A stretch of 64,000 nucleotides of DNA from Antedon mediterranea (lineage: Eukaryota > Animalia > Echinodermata), in assembly GCF_964355755.1 (NCBI RefSeq), contig NC_092676.1, positions 15,084,871-15,148,870 of the forward strand, in the 5' to 3' direction. The notes under the pieces are model-generated. The model was not told the origin of the DNA. It saw only the letters and a list, made by a program, of their open reading frames with translations, and searched no databases. The stretch's first letter is position 1. Each line of letters starts with the position of its first letter. Positions 57,901 to 64,000 of the stretch are shown in pieces. Position numbers and translations under genes: made by a program.

Positions 57901-60900
57901 TTACAATTTAAAAAAAAATTGTTTTGATGAAATATAAGGTGCGTCTTATACATCGACGATATAAAAAATACCGATATTTTACTCTCAGTTAGGGGGTGCG
58001 ACTTATACACCGAAATATACGGTACCAGCAGCACTGATTAAGTGTTTTCTATAGCTATTCATTATTTTCCTTTCTGAGGTTTAAAGACACTTTTGTTGAT
58101 CTTTTATGAAATTATGTCATATTTTGTATTGGATCCGACCCATATTTTAATATAGCAACATTTTCAGTAACCTTGATGTGTGTTTTTTGACAAGAATAGG
58201 AGCAATTCATTATGTTATAAATTTAATTCTTAAAGTCAACCTTTAAATGCTTTAAAGCTTTTTTGCTAAAACATTATTTTGTATTAAATTATTGATTTGT
58301 TTACATGTGTGGTTTTTGACAGGAAGCTGAAGCATATGCCCTGTACAATAAAGCACTGGAGTTACAACGTGCAAACTTGCATGAAGAAGCAGAACTTCAC
58401 TACAAAAAGTTACTCAACACAAGCCTATTGAAAAAGGTATCCTAACTAAGTGATTGTATTAGTTGCTTTTTGTGTTTTAAAGTCATGACAGGTATGTTCA
58501 CATTCAATCATGGAGTGACATTCAGTGTCTTGTGTTTAAAACGCTCTGATCATCAGTTCCAAGTGAAAATGTATATGTTCATGATAAATGTATGAAAGTT
58601 TGAATCTTAGTAGTTTACAGATTTTCAATTTATACAATGATACCTTCAAATCTACTGGGTTTTTTCTACTTGCAGAAGAAGTAATTTTAAACAGTAATTA
58701 CTGAGATGATAAGGTTTCCTTTATCTGATTAATTTATGAAAATCATATCGCCAATGCTAACTGTACTGTTGCTGTACAGTATTAAAATTAAAAACTGAAA
58801 AACGTTTGATGTTTAACTAAAGTTCTGTCTACACTATCAAACTTTATGGGACCAAAAATATTATGTGCCCATATATGGACATAATGATGTGATATCACTC
58901 CCATATTTGGGCATATCACTATCATATTTGGGCACAAATTTGTTTGTCAAACTAGTTTGATAGTGTAGACAAAGCTTAAATTTGCTGTCAAAGTATATTG
59001 TTGCCTGCTAATCTGGGTCAAGTCCTTTCATTCACTGAAGATCAAAATCACATTTTGGATTAGCGTTTGTAATTATGCCCTGTGATGCTATCTTTATTAA
59101 CATCACATGCTATGGGTTGTCTAATGCTAATCTGCGGTCTAGTCTATAAAAATATGTATGCCATGTTTAATACTGTGAGTCTGAACATATTCTCAGTCAA
59201 ATGAAATTGCAAACTCTTTTTAAGAAAATAAGGCCACCCTCCCAACTTGATAAGGCCTGTGAAAAAACTGTATAATATCAAATTTATCTTATCTAATATG
59301 ATCCCCCAAATTAACAAGCACGAATGTGCGATACTCGGGGTACAGAGAAGCTGTAATGACTTCATAAGACCGGATGTAACGTCACATACACATCAATAAA
59401 CCTCGCTACCAAATACGGTACCATCTTCGAGACGTGATATGGCTGCATCCGGTTTGAAATAAAAAATCCGGCTCTATAGCTTTGAGGACATGTCCCTGTA
59501 GTATATTCATGCCAAATCCCAGCTCAATACTACAATGAATAAGTGAGGAGTAGTACTTTATAATCGCACTATACTCAATATTGTCCGGATGGAAGAAGAA
59601 GAGGAAAAGATGAGAGAGTCCTAGACTCACGTACCCCGAGTAATAAAACGAGATATACTCTATATTACGTATACAGTATATTTCACCATAAAGTTTAAGA
59701 AAATAGGTTTTGCCAGGGCTCGAACTGGGGACCTTCTGCGTGTCAAGCAGACTTGATAACCACTACACTACGAAACCTTTTAAACCAAAAATGTGGGTTA
59801 CACAAAGTTTTTTAATCCATTTAAACTACAAATAAATATAGTAATAAGCACAAAGCAAAATAAGAATTTAAAAATTATTTAAAAAAAAGATATACTGTAT
59901 ATCATATTGCGTATACAGTACTTTTCACCATAAAGTTTTTTAAAAAAAGGTTTCGCCCAGGTTCGAACTGGGGACCTTCTGCATGTTAAGCAGACGTGAC
60001 AACTACTATGCCAAGAAGCCGCATATAACAACAAAACGCTGTGGTGTGTCAAACATTGTGGCTTCTTAATTAAACAAATTAATTAACAAATAAAAAACAA
60101 ATGCCAAATCCCAGCTCCATACTACAACGAATAAGAGAGGAGTAGTACTTTATAAATCGCACTTTTTACTCAATAGTGTCCGGATGGAAGAAGAAGATGA
60201 AAAGATGAGAGAGTCCTAGACTCAGGTACCCCAAGTAAAAAGGACTATGGCAGTGGTATTTGTTTTCAAAATGCTGCTTTCATCAACATGGTCCAAGGCA
60301 ACTTGAATTTTGATGCTTATTTTTTTTATGTCAAAATGGTTTAATTTAATTTGGAAACCAAATTCATGCAATAAAACTAAATATTAAAATGACTTCAGTA
60401 TAAATCATTTGCATTTCATTCATGAATTGTGTACAATCACTAAATACTGAGTAATTCAATTAATTAATAAAATCTAAAAATAAAATGAGACTGCTGTGGT
60501 GAATTGATGATTGTGGTGATTCAAATAACAAGGAATTCAATTATTCAAATACTTTAAAAAGAACCTGTTTACAATAGTTATAGTTTAATTAAATGAGATA
60601 ATACAATAAGGTAACGGCATGAACACTTCTGCTATAATTTATAAATAAAGAAAAAAGCACTGGCAGTTGGTTTTAATTTATTTTGTTTGCTGTTCTTCCT
60701 GTAACAGTTTTTACTGTAGACATTGATGACTCATGTGTGTGTGACAATGCAAGTGATTCTTTGTAAAACTCATAATACTATATTAATACAACATTAGATG
60801 TTAATATTGATCCAACTAACCTATAACATCTTTTAACTTATTCAATTTGCTATAGACGATATGAATATCCACCAGAACTATTTCTTCTTGTATTATACGT

Positions 60901-63370
60901 GCTTTTTTTTATATTTTTTTTAACCATATTTAATGAGGGTGATCCATCCAGCTATTGCTGATCATTAGGGACCCTCAGAGGTCCACAAGACAAGATGCTT
61001 TTACATAAACAAAGTCTAATTACAAGTCTTTGGGAGTGGAGTTGTAATTTGGTCCTTTGAAAAAATCTTGACTTGTGACAGGACTTGAACCCAGGACCCT
61101 TGGAGTGGTAGCCAAGCATCATAACCACCAAGCCACAACTCCACTAACACAAGCTTCCCGTGCCGGGAATCGAACCCGGGCCGCGTGGGTGAAATCCTAA
61201 CCCCTAGCTTGCTGTTGCAAGGGGCTAAAAATGTTTAATACAGTACTACTAATTAGAAATGTACTTTAAAAAAAAAGGCGCATAAGTTTAGAAACACATG
61301 TTAAACATGCACAGAAATATATTTTAAACATGTATACCTTTTTCTTTGTTCTTCTTTTAATACCATTTTTCCCTCCAGCTTTTCCATTCTTCAATGTTAT
61401 AGGCTTACTTTCTTTTGATCCACTGTGACCCATTTTCTTCAATATTATATAACAGAAATTGTTAGTATATCCAGTTTTTATCTAAAAATCCAAGAGAGTC
61501 TTCTTAGGCTTATATTAATGCTGATTTTCTGAAAAACTTGTAATATTCGGTAATGCTGTGTATAACAGTCTAGATGAACAATTATATGAAGCTGACTGAA
61601 ACATAATCTTGTTTAGGTGTTGGTTGTGTCCTCTCTCTACTTTACAAAACCTACAAATAAGTAAATAAGTTTAATTAAAAAAATTAATTGATTTAATTCC
61701 TTGTAAAAATGTGAGTATAAAAATGATTTTTTTAAAGCATATAGTATCTGGTAACTTTGTTGGTGGTCTAAAGCTAAAGATGTTAAATAGTAAAATTAAA
61801 ATAATTGTTCCTTTTGTTCAGCTTATATTCAACAATTTCACTTACTACAGTGATTATTTGAGTGGAGTTCAGGTAGTATTTATACTTGGAAAAAAGTCCT
61901 AATTATTTTAAAGATGTATTGTCCCCCAAAAGCATGACAAATGAAGGTTAATAAAAAAAGACTTTGAATAGGTCATTTTGCAGTTTTAAAAAAGTTAATA
62001 ATTTTTGTAGGAAAAAAAAATTAAGAAAAGTTTGTAATTTATAAAAAGACAAAATTAACAGTTAAATTCAACCAAAACCCCATTGACTTCTAGTCAATCT
62101 GACTATTTTCTCCTTTGAATTACAGTGTTTTCAGGTAAATAAATCAAAGTGAACAACTATTATGTGACATTAAAATGGCATATTCAACAAACAAATTATT
62201 TTTTCAGAGGCACAATATCTTTAATGCTTCTAAGCATTTAATTGGTTTTTTTTATATGTTGGGTGCTTATTAAAATTGTGATGGTAATAACACAAAATAC
62301 ATTTTAATATAACAAAATATTGTTACACTAGGCAGTAGCACATGAAGACAGTAACCCTGAGCAGATACTTCATCAACCTGGGTTCATGCTCAAGTATTCT
62401 ACTTACAAGAATTTAGCAAGCTTGGCATCTCAGAAAACAGATAAAAAGACAGCAATGGAATTTTACCTTGAGGTGAGACAAGTATATACCCCTTCTATAA
62501 CTGCCAACATTGGTCCACAAAACAATGATCCAGTATTATTTATAGTTAGGATAGTGCAAGCAGTTTAAAAATGTAACTTTGATTTTTTTCTTGTAGGCTA
62601 TTAACATTGATTCAACTGATGTATCTTTGTGGTATAAAATAGGCAATTTAGCCTTAGAGTTGGTACATATTCCTCTGGCTAGAATAGCATTTGAACAAGC
62701 CTACCAATGTAACCCAAAGCACTGGCCTAGTCTTGACAGTCTATGTACTGTTTTATATGCTTTGTGTGACTACCCAGGTAAGTGAATTTATGTTTTCAAC
62801 ACTTCAACTGAGATGCTTTGCCTTTGTTGAATTCATTTTAACAAATAGTTTTGATCAATCAAATCAACTCTCTCAATCCAAAATTATTGAAATTGTATTC
62901 AGATAAAGACATTTGTACCAATTTAAACATATAACAATAGTTTTTCATTGTTCTCTTTTTTAAAGTTCTTTCATTGTACTGTAATTATTGTATACAATTG
63001 TATTTCTTATGTTAATGAGCAGGCTGTTTATACTACATTGCTAAGTGTTTTGAACTTGATTCCTGCTACCCAAAAGGTAATTATTTTCTTTAATTATCAT
63101 GATGTAGATGTTTTTGTAAAATGCTTTGACTTAAAACATATTATTAGGCAAGGAGAGAAGGGAAGGGAGGCTAGCGTAGTAGCCTAGGGTTCTCATATTT
63201 TACATATGCTATATAATATAACATTGTAATGCATGAAAATACAGTTAGAATATAAATGAATTCATTTTAAATTCAGTTTTACTATGTTCTGTAGGTCATG
63301 TTTTACGAAAAAAGATCTTTTCTGAGCAGCCATCACTTGAAAGAGATACCTTTGTGTTGTTTCAACAATG
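54925..63370 (+). CDS. CABIN1: Calcineurin-binding protein Cabin1 (HIRA complex subunit), N-terminal TPR region, partial. join(54925-54927, 57105-57188, 58323-58436, 62332-62472, 62597-62777, 63023-63076, 63295-63370)
   Basis: Spliced translation [10 protein letters not shown]...[20 protein letters not shown]...[10 protein letters not shown]...[23 protein letters not shown]...PLARIAFEQ...[11 protein letters not shown]... closely matches the recalled vertebrate CABIN1 N-terminus. All junctions are GT-AG and in phase. The ATG-only first exon is the least certain part. Confidence 0.93.
57105..57188 (+). CDS. CABIN1: CABIN1 exon ([28 protein letters not shown])
   Basis: TTTAG acceptor and GTATGT donor, 84 nt. 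Confidence 0.92.
57198..58022. mobile_element. Tc1/mariner-superfamily (pogo/Tc2-like) non-autonomous element
   Basis: TA|CCGTATATTTCGGTGTATAAGTCGCAC...GTGCGACTTATACACCGAAATATACGG|TA, a perfect 27-bp TIR. Internal GTGCGTCTTATAC subterminal repeats. Confidence 0.9.
58323..58436 (+). CDS. CABIN1: CABIN1 exon ([38 protein letters not shown])
   Basis: GACAG acceptor and GTATCC donor, 114 nt. Confidence 0.92.
58821..58976. mobile_element. MITE family C (Harbinger-type, TAA TSD)
   Basis: TAA|AGTTCTGTCTACACTATCAAACT...AGTTTGATAGTGTAGACAAAGCT|TAA. Confidence 0.85.
59706..59777 (-). tRNA. tRNA-Val pseudogene (anticodon GAC)
   Basis: GGTTTCGTAGTGTAGTGGTTATC..TCTGC-TT-GAC-AC-GCAGA-AGGTCCCCAGTTCGAG. 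D arm and anticodon arm are recognisable; T-stem and acceptor stem have mismatches. Confidence 0.75.
59949..60020 (-). tRNA. tRNA-Val pseudogene (anticodon AAC)
   Basis: Intact anticodon arm and T arm (CCCAG-TTCGAAC-CTGGG-CGAAACC) followed by a T-run. The 5' half is degenerate. Confidence 0.7.
60920..61142 (-). mobile_element. tRNA-derived SINE
   Basis: Head GGAGTTGTGGCTTGGTGG (A box) ... GGTTCAAGTCC (B box), a body with an AATTACAA..TTGTAATT hairpin, and an A-rich tail. Confidence 0.7.
61155..61207 (-). pseudogene. tRNA-Glu(TTC) fragment
   Basis: CTAGGGGTTAGGAT-TTCACCCACGCGGCCCGGGTTCGATTCCCGGCACGGGAA. The 5' acceptor strand and the 5' side of the anticodon stem are missing. Confidence 0.7.
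61912..62220 (+). mobile_element. MITE family A (Kolobok-like)
   Basis: TTAA|AGATGTATTGTCCCCC...GAGGCACAATATCT|TTAA. Confidence 0.8.
62332..62472 (+). CDS. CABIN1: CABIN1 exon (AVAHED...[14 protein letters not shown]...AMEFYLE)
   Basis: CTAG acceptor and GTGAGA donor, 141 nt. Confidence 0.93.
62597..62777 (+). CDS. CABIN1: CABIN1 exon ([16 protein letters not shown]...[22 protein letters not shown])
   Basis: TTGTAG acceptor and GTAAGT donor, 181 nt. Confidence 0.95.
63023..63076 (+). CDS. CABIN1: CABIN1 exon ([18 protein letters not shown])
   Basis: GCAG acceptor and GTAATT donor, 54 nt, phase 1-1. Confidence 0.9.
63295..63370 (+). CDS. CABIN1: CABIN1 exon ([25 protein letters not shown])
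   Basis: TGTAG acceptor and GTAAGA donor, 76 nt. Matches the recalled GLVLKEKIFEEQP segment. Confidence 0.9.
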
Positions 63371-64000
63371 GTAAGATTTTTTTCAGTGCCTTCTAATTGA
63401 AAGAATAGATCATTTGCACATGACATCACATACGCCAGACAACGTTGCGATGTATAGGAGGTGCCGGAATGTAGGTGGTTTTATACGCATTGACAATACC
63501 TTTAAAGGAATGTGCTGGCACACACATGAAAACTTAATTTGTACTTTTAGTGTAAAATCCTGTAGAATACAGCCTCTCCTGATACAAGGCCTAGCTCAGA
63601 CTGTCTAGCTGAAATAATAACATTTGAAATAGAATAAAACTGTTTTAGGTGGTATATTTATTTTTATATTATATACCTCTTGCATGTCCATAAGAATACA
63701 AGAATATGTTAGAAATATACCAAAAAAATTAAGAAGCTTGCACTTTTGTAGAGTAGCTACACTCGAAACTCGTTGAATGTTGTGTGTATGACCAGATAGA
63801 ATAAGATTTTCACGGCCCGACGGGACATATTAACCTTGGCCTAGCCTTTAAGGAGGTCATCTACTTTTTAAAATGTTATATGCCATTTCAAATTTCAAAT
63901 AAACTGTAGAGTAGGCGAGTTGTCTTATATTCAATTATTGATTGTAACACGATGTGAACAGCAATAATGAACACAAAAGCCTGTCGCAAAGCCAAATATT

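Larger units (their letters stand above)
59313..60240 (+). mobile_element. HINE/Helentron-like element (59313-59646) followed by two tRNA-Val units and a second copy of its 3' end (60101-60240)
   Basis: Subterminal IR TACTCGGGGTAC (59332) / GTACCCCGAGTA (59631) and hairpin GAGTC-CTA-GACTC. The segment 59508-59646 is repeated at 60101-60240. Confidence 0.6.

Noticed and set aside
59706-59777. Functional tRNA-Val(GAC) implying unusual decoding or bacterial origin
   Set aside because: T-stem and acceptor mismatches, plus a sister copy with AAC, point to a mutated eukaryotic tRNA-Val(AAC) pseudogene.
63670-63760. Next CABIN1 exon
   Set aside because: No phase-2 acceptor gives a convincing CABIN1-like continuation. 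The gene presumably continues beyond the window.

Overview
AT-rich, intron-rich eukaryotic DNA, probably from a marine invertebrate deuterostome such as an echinoderm (inference from composition and repeat types). It is not prokaryotic, and there is no CRISPR array or operon. Two host genes lie head-to-head. (1) A minus-strand LIM-domain actin-cytoskeleton gene of the LIMA1(EPLIN)/LIMD2/XIRP family spans about 8.5-50 kb. I assembled 8 phase-consistent coding exons (909 aa). They include a LIM domain split over two exons and a 1.5-kb last exon made of seven bipartite 'E(N/S)xPxxRxxVV...LKxRFExG' repeats. There are also candidate alternative first exons, one downstream of a perfect CArG box, and a candidate short terminal exon. 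(2) The 5' part of CABIN1 lies on the plus strand (7 coding exons, 54.9-63.4 kb) and continues beyond the window. Introns and intergenic DNA are full of mobile DNA: a young 947-bp internally deleted Gypsy (TRIM-like) element with apparently identical LTRs inside the LIM-splitting intron, a Kolobok element nested in a Harbinger MITE, nested Helentron/HINE-like elements (one joined to two tRNA-Val pseudogenes), several MITE families, LINE relics, a tRNA-derived SINE, a degenerate hammerhead-like motif, minisatellites and an 866-bp tandem duplication of a putative first exon. I found no clearly new multi-gene system. The best leads are the repeat architecture and isoform logic of the LIM gene, the AGGCCTAG clusters just downstream of putative transcription starts, and the tRNA-bearing rolling-circle-type element. 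All family assignments come from motif recognition, not database searches.
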